A stretch of 32,000 nucleotides of DNA from an uncultured archaeon (GTDB lineage: Archaea > Iainarchaeota > Iainarchaeia > Iainarchaeales > JAAZKV01), in the NCBI GenBank assembly GCA_964551375.1, contig CAZKBG010000001.1, positions 807,329 to 839,328 on the forward strand, written 5' to 3'. The first letter of the stretch is position 1. Each line of letters starts with the position of its first letter. This document shows, in pieces, positions 15,227 through 25,319 of the stretch. Under the pieces are notes generated by a model. That model made no database searches. It was not told where the DNA came from and saw nothing but the letters and a program-made list of their open reading frames with translations. A program made the position numbers and the translations under genes.

Positions 15227-18200
15227 TTATGCAAACTCAAACAAACTCTTCTGCTTCACAGTGTCGCTTTTGAAAACAGAATTAATTTCTTTCTCAATCA
15301 TATTAAGCCTCTGGATTAAATATGGGGAAAGGTTTTCCTGCCGAGCCATGTTCTGCGCAATTTTTAGATACTTTCTAACAGAGCCCTCATGAATTGTCAA
15401 AATAATTGTGCTTTTGCCGCACTTATAGCACTTGCCGCTTAATGGAATTCTTCTATATTTCTCCTGACAAGTGGTGCATCTAAAAGTCTGCCTTGAGAAT
15501 GCTCTTGCGTTTCCAATAATATCAGGAAGGAAGTGAGAACCCATAACCCTCTCAAGAGCATCCTTAGCATTAACCGCCATTATTTTCTTTTGAAGATTAT
15601 TCTGCCTTTGGATTTTCTCATCCATGGACTTAAGCTGAACATATCTTGACATTTTTGGACCCTCGTCAAACTGATTAGTGTCATGAGTGAAGCCAAGCCC
15701 CGAGTACTGCTTTGCTTTACCCAGCCTGTCTTTCACAGTCTCAATAGGCATATTGGGCTCGCAAACAGCCTGCGATTTTTCGTAAAGCTCAAGCGGAAAT
15801 TCCCAGCAGGTTTCCATCTTATGAACTTCATCATCAACTTCGCTTGGATTTATTATAATAGTAAAAACAAGCGGAGCATCCATTCTTCCCCCGCTCTTTG
15901 TTGAAAGATACTTGTGCGAGAAATTAATCAGCGCATCCATTAGAAGCATTACAGAATCCTGATCCCCGTCAACGTTTCTTCTCTTTGCGCAGACAAAGTA
16001 AGGGTGCCCGAATCCGAGTCTTGCCTTAGTATACCCAAGAACTCTTGCATTAACTGCTGCCGAAGTGTGAGGAGCAAGCCCGAGAACTAAATGTCCTATT
16101 AGATCCTCTTTTTTAGTTGCATTGTAAAATCTTGGAAGCTGATAGTATTTTTCAAGAAGCTCGTCAATGAACTGGCTGACATTAACAAGCCAGTCTCCGC
16201 AGGTTTCATTAACTACAACATCCTGCGGAAAAACTTCAATCAACTGGTCAATATTAGTAATTTCGTTTCCATAAATATCGGTTTTATACCCAAGCTCTAT
16301 TACTTTTTCCACAGTGAGATTTAATTCTCTTGGGCGAAAGTGAGTAAGAATTGCGTTTAACAATTCGAATCTTGAAGTTCCGTCACGGAAGATGTGCACA
16401 TTATGCTTTGCCCTAAGTATTCCTTTTTCAAGCGGCTCAATTTCCTTAGTGTCTGAAATCATTCCTTTAACTCCCTTAATCGGGTCAGGAAGAATATTTT
16501 CTTTTAAATTAAGTCTGGCTTTTTCCATGAATGCCCTAATATTAATTTCATGCTCACCAAAGTGAACAGTTTTATTTCCGCACACGCCGCACTGTTCGCC
16601 AGTAACTGATTTTTGGCAATTTTTACAGTAATTCAATCTCACTCCGTCAATTTTGCATGCAGGGCACACATGATGAAGCGAAATCTTTTTGCAGTCAGGG
16701 CAGACATATTCAGCCACTTCAACAGTAGCTTTTCCACTCTCGTTATAATTTTCATCAACAGCTTTATTTATGCTCCTGATATTTCCCCCCTTAAGTCCTA
16801 TAGGGAATAATACATGCGGATTTCCCTTCATCTCTCTTGGCTTTGCCTGTTCAGGCCTCCCCATTCTCCCTCCAATGAATGAGCCCGCTTTGTCTCTAAT
16901 AATTAATCCTGAAATTTCTGATAAATATTCAAGCACAGTTTCTTTTGAACTTTTCTTACTCTGCCCAACGGCAAAAGTTTGGCATACGCTCTCAACATTT
17001 TCATCAATAATAATCTGGGCTGCTTTTGTGGAATGAGGCATTCCAATTTTTTCCAAAAGTTTCTTATACTCGCTGTTGTGCGCAAGAACCAAAACCTTTT
17101 TGCCATTAATTTGCTCAATTTTTCCAGTTTCAATAAAATTGTGAAGCATTATAATTTCTTTTACGTTAAGCGCTTTGTAAAAATTAATATAATTAGGGTG
17201 GAGGGGCAATCCAAGTTCTTTTGAAAGAGAAAGCGCCAAGTTTTCGGGAACTTTTTGAAGCTCTGAAATTGAAGCTTTTAACAAATAGTCCCCGCCAAGA
17301 GCAGAAAGCTTTTCTTTCTTAGCAGGTTCTTCCACAGCTTTTCTAAGCTCAAGCTGCCACCACTCTTCGCAGTACCCTACGGGCACAAGAGGATGAGCGC
17401 TCTTTTTGAAATCTCCAAAAGTCGCAAGCAAATCCCCAAGATAAAGAATCTTATCCAAATTTGCTTTGACATTTTCAGCTTCAGCCACTGAATTAATTTT
17501 TCGCACACTCCCGTCTTTGAGAAGCACAACAGGGCCTTCAATTGTAGTACAAGGGAAAAACTGAGTGGCTTTTCCAGGCCTTTCAATTCTGCCGTGAGTT
17601 CCAACAGCAATAAATTCATCAAGCAAAATCATCGCGGCAGGGTTAATTGCTTTTGCCATTATTCCAGTAGTTCTTCCCCTTCCATATCTTAATCTAAAAC
17701 CGCCCCAGCTGCTTGGGTACGCTAAGATTGGTCTTCCAGCAGCAAGCCTGTCAAGGAAGGCTTTGTTTGGCTTAACTTCAATTTTAGTCTGGGTTTTTTC
17801 AACCTTTACAATTTTTTCCAAAAAATCCCAATTAAGCCCAAGGTCCTTTGCTGTTTTCATTACCCAAAGAGCTTTTAGCGCAAGTCCTTCAGAAACAACT
17901 AATCCCATTCCGCCCCTGATTCTATTTGTTGGAACTCTTGCAAGGTCCCTGTGCGCAGAAACTTCAACTTCTTCAGTCGGCACGCCGTTAATGCAAATAG
18001 GACAACCGTTAATTATTACTCTAATTTCATCATCGCTCATTGTGTACTGTCTTGAAATAACTTCAGTCTGATAAATTCCAATCTCTTCAACATATCTTTC
18101 AACTTCATCCTGAGTCGGCTTATATCTGTCAAGCTTTAAATAAGTCCTTGCAAAATCTCCAAGAATAAGAGGGATAACTGTTGAAGAGCCACCAGCAGCC

Positions 18201-18742
18201 CTAATCGGTCCAGCAAAATAAATGTCAATATATTTTGAGCCGTCCTGATTATTATTAATCTCAACTTTTGGAACGCCGTCAAGCGGAGCAACAACAACCC
18301 CTTCAGTTTCAATCAAAAGACAAGTCTTGATTCCAATCTCCACTCTCTTTTGGTCGTTTTCCATTTTCCACCATCTATCTTCAAGAATCTCGCGGAACAA
18401 CTGGAAGTATGCTTTTCTTCTGTCTTTTGTTTCAATAAATACTTCCCTAAATCTTTTAGCTAAGCCGGGAAGTCCAATGATTGTTTCCGCACGATCTGCC
18501 AAGTCCACTGCAGGAGTAACTTCAACATGCCTTGACAAGTCAAGCCCTTTTTCTTTTGCTTTCTCTGCTGCTTCAAAAGCAAGGAGAGATTTTTTTTGAA
18601 TAATTTTAAAATATTCTTTAATATGCGGCTCTGCTTCAAAAGGAATCTCCTGCGTAATCATTTCAGTCGGAGAAAGCTTCTTTGCCATTATTTGCTTTTT
18701 CTTTTGTTCTTCAGTAAAAGGAGTCTGGAATTTTTCAGCCAT
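15227..18742 (-). CDS. polC: DNA polymerase II (PolD) large catalytic subunit DP2, 1171 aa, intein-free
   Basis: Full-length collinear DP2 architecture with internal Zn clusters CPDCKKISLHHVCPACK and CKNCQKSVTGEQCGVCG and a C-terminal cluster CTTCQEKYRRIPLSGKCYKCG. The start overlaps the DP1 stop by 8 nt. Confidence 0.95.
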   Translation of the reverse strand: MAEKFQTPFTEEQKKKQIMAKKLSPTEMITQEIPFEAEPHIKEYFKIIQKKSLLAFEAAEKAKEKGLDLSRHVEVTPAVDLADRAETIIGLPGLAKRFREVFIETKDRRKAYFQLFREILEDRWWKMENDQKRVEIGIKTCLLIETEGVVVAPLDGVPKVEINNNQDGSKYIDIYFAGPIRAAGGSSTVIPLILGDFARTYLKLDRYKPTQDEVERYVEEIGIYQTEVISRQYTMSDDEIRVIINGCPICINGVPTEEVEVSAHRDLARVPTNRIRGGMGLVVSEGLALKALWVMKTAKDLGLNWDFLEKIVKVEKTQTKIEVKPNKAFLDRLAAGRPILAYPSSWGGFRLRYGRGRTTGIMAKAINPAAMILLDEFIAVGTHGRIERPGKATQFFPCTTIEGPVVLLKDGSVRKINSVAEAENVKANLDKILYLGDLLATFGDFKKSAHPLVPVGYCEEWWQLELRKAVEEPAKKEKLSALGGDYLLKASISELQKVPENLALSLSKELGLPLHPNYINFYKALNVKEIIMLHNFIETGKIEQINGKKVLVLAHNSEYKKLLEKIGMPHSTKAAQIIIDENVESVCQTFAVGQSKKSSKETVLEYLSEISGLIIRDKAGSFIGGRMGRPEQAKPREMKGNPHVLFPIGLKGGNIRSINKAVDENYNESGKATVEVAEYVCPDCKKISLHHVCPACKIDGVRLNYCKNCQKSVTGEQCGVCGNKTVHFGEHEINIRAFMEKARLNLKENILPDPIKGVKGMISDTKEIEPLEKGILRAKHNVHIFRDGTSRFELLNAILTHFRPRELNLTVEKVIELGYKTDIYGNEITNIDQLIEVFPQDVVVNETCGDWLVNVSQFIDELLEKYYQLPRFYNATKKEDLIGHLVLGLAPHTSAAVNARVLGYTKARLGFGHPYFVCAKRRNVDGDQDSVMLLMDALINFSHKYLSTKSGGRMDAPLVFTIIINPSEVDDEVHKMETCWEFPLELYEKSQAVCEPNMPIETVKDRLGKAKQYSGLGFTHDTNQFDEGPKMSRYVQLKSMDEKIQRQNNLQKKIMAVNAKDALERVMGSHFLPDIIGNARAFSRQTFRCTTCQEKYRRIPLSGKCYKCGKSTIILTIHEGSVRKYLKIAQNMARQENLSPYLIQRLNMIEKEINSVFKSDTVKQKSLFEFA

Positions 18743-20300
18743 TATTCACACCTGCGCTGTCGGTTATAGTTGCTTCAACTGTCTGAGTCAAAAATGAAGT
18801 CTGAACAATCTGCCGAGTCTTAAGGCTAATAGTCGGGAAAAAACAAGGAGTCGGAGTGTGCCCGATTTTCTTTTCAAAATCAGTCTGCCCTTCCCAGCAG
18901 CTTGAATTAATTACAGTAGTGCCGCGATAAGTGGAGTAACCCTTGCAGTGCAGATCCCCAAACCAAACAATATCAGGCTCTTCCTTAATTACCATATAAT
19001 CCCTGCCTTCAGGAACATAAGGATTTTTTCCCCCATACTTTGGCATCAAGTCCCTCTTTTTCAAAAGCTCAATCATTGCTTCAGTAGGGCGGGTCATCTC
19101 AAGAAAACTCACACTGCTTATGAGGTCGTGAACACTCGGACCGTGATAAATTAAATTTTTTATTCCTTCAGTCTCCACCCAAGAAGGAGAAGAAATAAAA
19201 TGGAAATTATTTAATTTAGAAAGCCGGGGAACAAACTCCTTATCAATTCCGGGCTGGGGCTCCGCTCTTCTAACCGCATCATGCTGTCCAGGGCAGATGA
19301 AGACATGAATATATTCAGGAATCTGAAGCATTAAATCCTCAAATTTCTGGTACTGTTCATATACATCTTTAATTATGAGGTCATCAAACTGCCCAGGGTA
19401 AACTCCAACCCCGGCAACATTATCTCCAGTGCACATAATGTACTGAATTTTTCCCACTCTCTCCTGCTGTTTTGCAGTGAGTCCTTTTCCATTCAAATAA
19501 TCAAGAAGTCTAGTAAACTGCTCTTCGTAAAATAATTTACTTCCAACGTGCATGTCAGTAATTCCGCCGATTAATACTTCCTCATTAATTGTTCTGCTTG
19601 AGCGAATCGGAAGATCCGGCCAAAAAACATCTTTAATTATTATGAAATCTTTTCCCCATTTAGTTCCTTTAATCCCAACAACATTATCCTCAATAATCCT
19701 CTCGGCTTTTTCCATAGTGGCTTTGTCTTTCTCCATCACAAGCGCAATGCATTTATTTTCCATATCCTCAATCTCAAAAGCAGTGTGCCCCTTTTTTGTA
19801 ATCCATTTTTTATTTACAATTCCAATAACATCAATCTGCTCTTTATCCGGTTTTCCTGCAAGGTTTTTTATTGGAACTGCCGCAAGATTATGCCTTGCTT
19901 TAAGCATTCCTGATAAAATTTCATACTTGCTTCTAAATAATCTCAAAAAATCATCAATCTTTCCTTCAGAAGAACTCTGCCCTGTCACGTCATACTCTTT
20001 CATTACCCTAAAATCAGCCGCCCTGTCTTTCGCCTGCGCGGTAAATGAAGCTTTTCTGACCTCGACTTCAGTAACTACCTGCGAGATTTTAGTTCTTGCG
20101 AGTTTTTTCTCTAAAAGATTAGGCTCAATGAAAAAAACTCCTTCACTGGCAAGCTCGTCAAGAATTTTTTTCCAATTCTCGTTTTGAATAAGAAGGTCAA
20201 TGGATTCGTTTGAAAGAATAAGACCCGCATTTTCTGCAAAAGTAATTATATCGTTTCTAGTTGATTCCGACTGCATCAAACCAAGTGTCCAATCGGCCAA
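18735..20300 (-). CDS. polB: DNA polymerase II (PolD) small subunit DP1 (Mre11-like phosphoesterase/exonuclease)
   Basis: Calcineurin-like phosphoesterase motifs DMHVGS, GDNVAGVGVYPGQ, PGQHD and GDLH. The gene overlaps DP2. The start is a TTG at 20300; an ATG at 20276 is the alternative. Confidence 0.92.
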   Translation of the reverse strand: MADWTLGLMQSESTRNDIITFAENAGLILSNESIDLLIQNENWKKILDELASEGVFFIEPNLLEKKLARTKISQVVTEVEVRKASFTAQAKDRAADFRVMKEYDVTGQSSSEGKIDDFLRLFRSKYEILSGMLKARHNLAAVPIKNLAGKPDKEQIDVIGIVNKKWITKKGHTAFEIEDMENKCIALVMEKDKATMEKAERIIEDNVVGIKGTKWGKDFIIIKDVFWPDLPIRSSRTINEEVLIGGITDMHVGSKLFYEEQFTRLLDYLNGKGLTAKQQERVGKIQYIMCTGDNVAGVGVYPGQFDDLIIKDVYEQYQKFEDLMLQIPEYIHVFICPGQHDAVRRAEPQPGIDKEFVPRLSKLNNFHFISSPSWVETEGIKNLIYHGPSVHDLISSVSFLEMTRPTEAMIELLKKRDLMPKYGGKNPYVPEGRDYMVIKEEPDIVWFGDLHCKGYSTYRGTTVINSSCWEGQTDFEKKIGHTPTPCFFPTISLKTRQIVQTSFLTQTVEATITDSAGVNNG

Positions 20301-20330
20301 ACGTATTCTATTTTTGAAATACTCGCTTGT

Positions 20331-20573
20331 TCACTTCATCTTTTCCTTATTCGCTTCAATCAGCGAGATTAGGTGCCAGATGTCTGTTCTTGTATGATCA
20401 GGCATGTTGACGTCATTACTAATATCGTCAAGTAAATAAATCGCTTCGCTAAGCGAAGTGACATTTGCCTGCTTTACTTTAAAAACAGCTTCTTCTATTT
20501 TTGCCCTGATGTTACGCGGAACGGCTCTGTCTGCAACGATTTCATTCATTATTGCGAGAATTTCGTCGTTCAT
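20331..20573 (-). CDS. UPF0147 family small protein (80 aa)
   Basis: DRAVPRNIRAKIEEA...LLDDISNDVNMPDHTRTDIWHLISLIE matches the UPF0147 signature. The ATG at 20573 is preceded by GGTGAT with a 5-nt spacer. The track start at 20609 adds 12 Cys/Leu-rich residues with no ribosome-binding site. Confidence 0.8.
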   Translation of the reverse strand: MNDEILAIMNEIVADRAVPRNIRAKIEEAVFKVKQANVTSLSEAIYLLDDISNDVNMPDHTRTDIWHLISLIEANKEKMK

Positions 20574-20789
20574 TAATATCACCAAAAGGCACGAGTGCGA
20601 ACAATTCAATTAAGATTCGCCAGCCAATAATACAAAATAAGTGAGATGGCTTTTTAAACGCAACTCGGGGGCAAAAGAAGGGTGCTAAAATATGCTAAAT
20701 TATAAACAAATTAAGTAGCGCGTGGTAAATTAAACTGCTTTATTCTTAATTAAAATAATTATCCGCTTAATTAGAATAAATTGAAAAGT

Positions 20790-21776
20790 TTAGTAAAGCT
20801 TGAAGTTCTTATCAAGAAGCAAATCTTTTAGAGTGGTTAAGTCTTTTCCTTCCACAACCATTTCATACCCTTCAAAAGCTTTTTTTGCATTAGCAACCTG
20901 CTCTTCGTTTGAAACATCAGACTTGGTTATTGCAATTAAGAATTTGTGCTTTGTGAAAAGCTTCTTAATTTCTGCAAACAAATTCTTTTGATTTGTTAAA
21001 TCATCAGTAGGGTCTACTACAAAAACAATTAATCCCTTCAAATGCTGAAGCGCTGTAATTGCTTTAAGCTCAATATCATTTCTTTCGTGCAATGGTCTGT
21101 CAAGAAGTCCAGGAGTGTCAATAACTTGAATTGGAATGTATCTCTTTTTGAAAACTCCAACATTAAGCCCTTTAGTTGTGAAAGGATAATTTGCAATCTC
21201 CGGTTTTGATTCAGTAAGTTTCTTTAACAGAGTGCTTTTTCCAACATTTGGAAAACCCGCAAGCATAATACAGTCCTCCTGAGTCCTAATTGAAGGCATT
21301 TCGCGAAGCTTTCTTGCAGTTTCGTTGTAAAAAGTAATTTTAGTTTTTAGTCCGTTGATTAAAGAAGCAACTCTTCCCACATAAGCCCTTCCAATATTCT
21401 TCGCTTCAGCTTCCGCGCCTCTTGTGTATTTTAATTCCTTAATTCTAATCAGCGCGTCTCTTCTCAATTTTTTTATTAATCTTGCAACTGAAGAAATGCT
21501 TGAAATGTGTTTTCTTAATTCATTAGTGTCAACAACGCATTCGTAAAGATCAGCGTAGAAAGGGTCAAGGTTATTGAAACTTGGCATTGCCTGAGTCGCT
21601 CTAAATAAAGCTTCTTCAAGGTAAGATGCAGAAACTTCGATTTTAGCAATCTCCGCTCCCTTAATAGTGTAAAACATAGTCTTTTGCTTTGGATAGCTTG
21701 AGCCAATTTTTCTTGCTCTTGAAAGCGAAGCGTCAAGAAGGTTTTCAGGCGTCTGCATGAAAGGGATGTCCATCAT
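20790..21776 (-). CDS. NOG1-family GTP-binding protein (ribosome biogenesis GTPase)
   Basis: G1 motif GFPNVGKSTLL, G3 motif DTPGLLDRP and G4 motif TKSD. The N-terminal helical NOG1-type domain begins FMQTPENLLDASLSRARK. Confidence 0.88.
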   Translation of the reverse strand: MMDIPFMQTPENLLDASLSRARKIGSSYPKQKTMFYTIKGAEIAKIEVSASYLEEALFRATQAMPSFNNLDPFYADLYECVVDTNELRKHISSISSVARLIKKLRRDALIRIKELKYTRGAEAEAKNIGRAYVGRVASLINGLKTKITFYNETARKLREMPSIRTQEDCIMLAGFPNVGKSTLLKKLTESKPEIANYPFTTKGLNVGVFKKRYIPIQVIDTPGLLDRPLHERNDIELKAITALQHLKGLIVFVVDPTDDLTNQKNLFAEIKKLFTKHKFLIAITKSDVSNEEQVANAKKAFEGYEMVVEGKDLTTLKDLLLDKNFKLY

Positions 21777-21942
21777 AAATAATCAATTCTAACAAATTTT
21801 TGGTCTTTAGCGCAGCTATGCAATATATTTAGGGAAAAGCAGGTTTTTAATTGATTGGAATTGATTTTTTTGGAGAAAAAAGCGGCAATTACGACCCTTT
21901 TTAATTCTTTTGAATTTAGGTAAATACATAGTGGTGCAAAAA

Positions 21943-22995
21943 ATGGAAGACGTTTACAAGCACAGATACAAAAAAATAATGATGATTCCGCTGATTTTGT
22001 TTATTCCTTTACTAATCATTACACTTGTTTACCCCGGAATATCTCAGGGAATTGATATGGCTGGAGGAAATGTAATAATTATCCGCTCAGAAAAAATGAT
22101 CACAGAAGCACAGCTTGTTTCTGTATTAAAAGAAAATTTTGAGCTTCACGAACTAAAAGTTACAACAATGACTTCACCCACTGGATTTGGGGCATGGATA
22201 CAATACTCAAAAGATCCAAAAATTGAGGAAGTTGAACAAATCCTTAGCAGAGCATCAGCGGCTGTGGATAATGACGCTGAATCAATTGTATTTTCAAACC
22301 AAGCGCTTGCAGCTCTTGGCAAACCCCCTTCTACTTCATTAAACGGAAAAACTGCCCTGCTTGAAGCAGAAACCGCTTTATCGGCTTATAATGAAGATTT
22401 TGCTAAAAAACTTGAAAGCACAATCACAGAAAAACTTGGATTAGGACAAAATGCTGAATTTCAAAGAAGAGAAGTATCTGCAACTTTAGGAGCAGCTTCG
22501 CTTCAATCATCATTTTTTATAGCGATAGTTGGAATAATATTAATTACAGTAGTTGTATTCATTGCATTTCGACAATTAGTTCCATCCTTAGCAATAATAC
22601 AAGCAATGATATTTGATGTGCTAATGGGAATGTTTGGAATGGTTGTATTAAATATTCCGTTATCCCTTACTACACTCCCTGCGTTATTATTGTTAATCGG
22701 TTATTCAATTGACACTGATATTATGTTAACTTCAAGACTTTTAAAAGTAAAAGACGGAAACCACGGGAAGCACGCAACAGACGCAATGATTACTGGGATA
22801 ACAATGATTGCGACAACCCTTGTGGCACTAGTTGTGATGCTTGCAGTATCCTACTTCTACCAAATAGAAGTAATTTACCAAATCTCAGCAATTTTATTCT
22901 TTGGATTAATCGGAGACTTAATCGCAACATGGATGATGAATGCTCCAATATTAATATGGTTCCTTGAAAAGAAGGAAGCGAAGAGACATTTTTAG
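21943..22995 (+). CDS. secF: Protein-export membrane protein SecF
   Basis: The ATG at 21943 is preceded by GGTG with a 6-nt spacer. An N-terminal TM and a periplasmic domain are followed by a C-terminal TM bundle carrying GYSIDTDIMLTSR, the SecF-type GYSxxDxIV motif. The gene lies immediately upstream of secD. Confidence 0.85.
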   Translation: MEDVYKHRYKKIMMIPLILFIPLLIITLVYPGISQGIDMAGGNVIIIRSEKMITEAQLVSVLKENFELHELKVTTMTSPTGFGAWIQYSKDPKIEEVEQILSRASAAVDNDAESIVFSNQALAALGKPPSTSLNGKTALLEAETALSAYNEDFAKKLESTITEKLGLGQNAEFQRREVSATLGAASLQSSFFIAIVGIILITVVVFIAFRQLVPSLAIIQAMIFDVLMGMFGMVVLNIPLSLTTLPALLLLIGYSIDTDIMLTSRLLKVKDGNHGKHATDAMITGITMIATTLVALVVMLAVSYFYQIEVIYQISAILFFGLIGDLIATWMMNAPILIWFLEKKEAKRHF

Positions 22996-23006
22996 GTGTG
23001 TAAAAG

Positions 23007-24641
23007 ATGGCAAACCCTTTGATTAAAAATTGGCAGATTACTTTGCTTGCAATATTCTTGATATTATCGGTTATTGCAATATTATTCAGCGGAATAAGGC
23101 TTGGAATGGATTTTAAGGGCGGAACACTTTACCAAGTTGAACTTCAAAAAGAAGTAAGCTCGGATGAGATTGCAAGAATATCAAACATTATTGCACAGAG
23201 AGTGGACCCTTCAGGACTAAAGGATGCTACTGTTTATCCAGTTGGAAAACAATTTATTGTTGTACAGCTCACGGAAACTAATCCGGTAGAGCTTGAAAAA
23301 GTTGAGTCGCGAATAAGACAGCAGGGAAAGTTTGAAGCAACGCTTGACGGAAATGTTGTTTTCACAGGGGATGAAATAAGAAAAGTAATGAGAGGAGATG
23401 CGTCTTACGGAGTAGGGAGAATCGGGGCAAATGCTTACGAATGGAGCCTGCCGTTTATTCTTAACGAAGCGGCTACAAAGCGATTTAAGGAAATGACTTT
23501 CCACAAATGCACCGCAGTTGGGTTTGGAACAAGCGGAAACCCCACTTACGAATGCGAAAAAACTGTCTTTTTCTTGGACAAGCCTTCAGCTTTAGTAGTT
23601 ACAACAGAAGAACAATACTCTCTTGATGCTGATTTATTATCAACAGGAGACAGATTCCAAAATATTCCTGAAGGAACTGATATTACTGAAATAATAAGTG
23701 ATTCCCAAGTTACAGTGCTAATAGTTGATGCAAATAAATCGCTTGACAAAACAGCTGCAAGAGCGGCATTTGGAAAAATAAGAGACGCGATAGTATCTCC
23801 TGACGTGAGCGAATCAGTAAAAAATGATTTAAACGCAATCGGATACACTGTGACAGTTGCGCAAGTAGTTGAAGGCAAGCCATGGGTTTGGGGCGTTCTT
23901 GGCGCAAGGCAGATAATTAATCTTACTGAAGGAATCACAAACGAAGATGTGCCTGATATTTCACAGGCAAAAGAATTTTCATCACTAAGAATCTCAGGAC
24001 AAAGAGCGGATTTTAAAGAAGCTCAAACAGACCTTGAAGACTTGGCAATACTGCTTGAAAGCGGCTCGCTTCCAACTCCAGTGAAGAGCATTTCAAAAGA
24101 AACAGTATCAGCTTCACTAGGTGAATCATTCTTAACAAATATAATAATCATGGGAATACTTGCAGCAATAACAGTAGCAATAGTAATTGTAGTAAGATAC
24201 AGAGTTCCAAAATTAGTAATACCAATTTTCTTAACTGGACTGAGCGAAATAGTAATCCTAATGGGATTTTTAGCAATAACGCAAAGACCGCTTGATTTAG
24301 CAGCATTTGCGGGGTTGATTGCAGCAATTGGAACAGGAGTAGATTCAGAAATTGTAATTACTGATGAAATACTCGGCAAATCACACGAACACCACGAATC
24401 GCTTGTTCACAGAGCAAAAACAGCGCTCTTCATTATCGCAACAAGCGCATTCACAATGATTGCAGTGATGGGACCAATAGTATTATTCTCAAGAAACTTG
24501 CCTGGGCTTGATAAGTTGTACGGATTTGCGGTAGTAGCAATCGTTGGAGCGCTAATTGGAATCTTAATCACAAGACCAGCATTCACAAAAATAGTTGGAA
24601 TGATAGTGCAGTCAAAAGAAGAACACGAACGCCACAACTAA
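23007..24641 (+). CDS. secD: Protein-export membrane protein SecD
   Basis: The ATG is preceded by AGGTG. An N-terminal TM is followed by a large ~360-aa extracytoplasmic domain and a C-terminal TM bundle carrying GTGVDSEIVITDE, the SecD-type motif. Confidence 0.88.
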   Translation: MANPLIKNWQITLLAIFLILSVIAILFSGIRLGMDFKGGTLYQVELQKEVSSDEIARISNIIAQRVDPSGLKDATVYPVGKQFIVVQLTETNPVELEKVESRIRQQGKFEATLDGNVVFTGDEIRKVMRGDASYGVGRIGANAYEWSLPFILNEAATKRFKEMTFHKCTAVGFGTSGNPTYECEKTVFFLDKPSALVVTTEEQYSLDADLLSTGDRFQNIPEGTDITEIISDSQVTVLIVDANKSLDKTAARAAFGKIRDAIVSPDVSESVKNDLNAIGYTVTVAQVVEGKPWVWGVLGARQIINLTEGITNEDVPDISQAKEFSSLRISGQRADFKEAQTDLEDLAILLESGSLPTPVKSISKETVSASLGESFLTNIIIMGILAAITVAIVIVVRYRVPKLVIPIFLTGLSEIVILMGFLAITQRPLDLAAFAGLIAAIGTGVDSEIVITDEILGKSHEHHESLVHRAKTALFIIATSAFTMIAVMGPIVLFSRNLPGLDKLYGFAVVAIVGALIGILITRPAFTKIVGMIVQSKEEHERHN

Positions 24642-24679
24642 TCACAAATAAAATATCCTTCTGTTAAAACTTATTAAGC

Positions 24680-24705
24680 GGCAAGTACTTAGTTTCTTAC
24701 TTGCC
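24680..24705. terminator. Perfect 8-bp stem / 10-nt loop hairpin between the convergent secD and archaeosortase-like genes
   Basis: The sequence is GGCAAGTA-cttagtttct-TACTTGCC, followed by the T-rich stretch AAGTATTTATTTTG. It sits in the 122-nt convergent spacer. Confidence 0.45.
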
Positions 24706-24763
24706 AAGTATTTATTTTGTGTAAGTAAGTGTTGAAGTGGATTTTGGAGTGAATTTGCTGGGG

Positions 24764-25312
24764 TTAAATTAATTCTCTAAACTCTTCAACTTTTTCCATT
24801 CTCTTTGTTCCATAATACCAGATGATTAGAACAATACCGCTCATAATAAACCAAGTAATTTCATGAACTAATTCAGCGTTAAAACCGATTTTGGCTGCTA
24901 AGAGAACAAGCATAACTCTTGGAATATTAACTAAGAGAATAATTATTGTCCCAAGAAGGAAAAGGGCAAGCTTTTTCTCTAACTTCGGCCTTCTTAATGA
25001 GAAAATAATTGCTCCCAAAATACTTGCGCTTACTAAGCCAGTGCATAGGTTAGAAACAACAAAAGAGTTTTCCCCAATAGTAATTTCAGTTCCATTTCTC
25101 TCTAAATTCAAAGCGCTTGCGCTAATATAGGCAATTGAGTTGTTTAAAGGCGCAAGAGGAGCAAACTCAATTAAAATTTGGGCTACTGCAAAGATTACAA
25201 AGAACTTGATTAAAAAGACAAGTATTTTTTTTGAGTGAGAAGTCGTGCTGCTATTATTACTTTTTTTAATTTTTTGATGAATTTTACTATGGCTCCGCTT
25301 TGTTTTTGCCAT
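24764..25312 (-). CDS. Miniature exosortase/archaeosortase-family membrane protein (182 aa)
   Basis: Polytopic membrane protein carrying, in the family's order, Cys90 in SNLCTGL (codon at 25043-25045), Arg132 in VNIPRV and His150 in ELVHE. Its GGTGAT Shine-Dalgarno motif overlaps the carS stop codon. Confidence 0.65.
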   Translation of the reverse strand: MAKTKRSHSKIHQKIKKSNNSSTTSHSKKILVFLIKFFVIFAVAQILIEFAPLAPLNNSIAYISASALNLERNGTEITIGENSFVVSNLCTGLVSASILGAIIFSLRRPKLEKKLALFLLGTIIILLVNIPRVMLVLLAAKIGFNAELVHEITWFIMSGIVLIIWYYGTKRMEKVEEFRELI

Positions 25313-25319
25313 TTTATTA

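Noticed and set aside
15227-18742. Intein or split-gene arrangement in PolD DP2
   Set aside because: The 1171-aa product is collinear with an intein-free DP2. No Cys/Ser-initiated insertion, HNG/endonuclease block or frame interruption is visible.
19552-20187. 211-aa ORF antisense to polD DP1, along with antisense ORFs inside DP2 (15683-18599), SecD (23217-24637), the sortase/carS/DUF92 genes (24891-26068) and S3Ae (26589-27224)
   Set aside because: The opposite-strand genes are confidently identified conserved proteins. The antisense translations are hydrophobic and low-complexity with no recognisable motifs.
20574-20609. 12-codon extension of the UPF0147 gene (MNCSHSCLLVIL)
   Set aside because: The ATG at 20573 has a GGTGAT Shine-Dalgarno motif at ideal spacing, and the family signature starts right after it.
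20742-20777. Imperfect AT-only inverted repeat ATTCTTAATTAA...TTAATTAGAAT downstream of nog1
   Set aside because: It is made almost entirely of A/T in an AT-rich spacer and includes a mismatch, so it cannot be distinguished from chance. At most it is a weak terminator.
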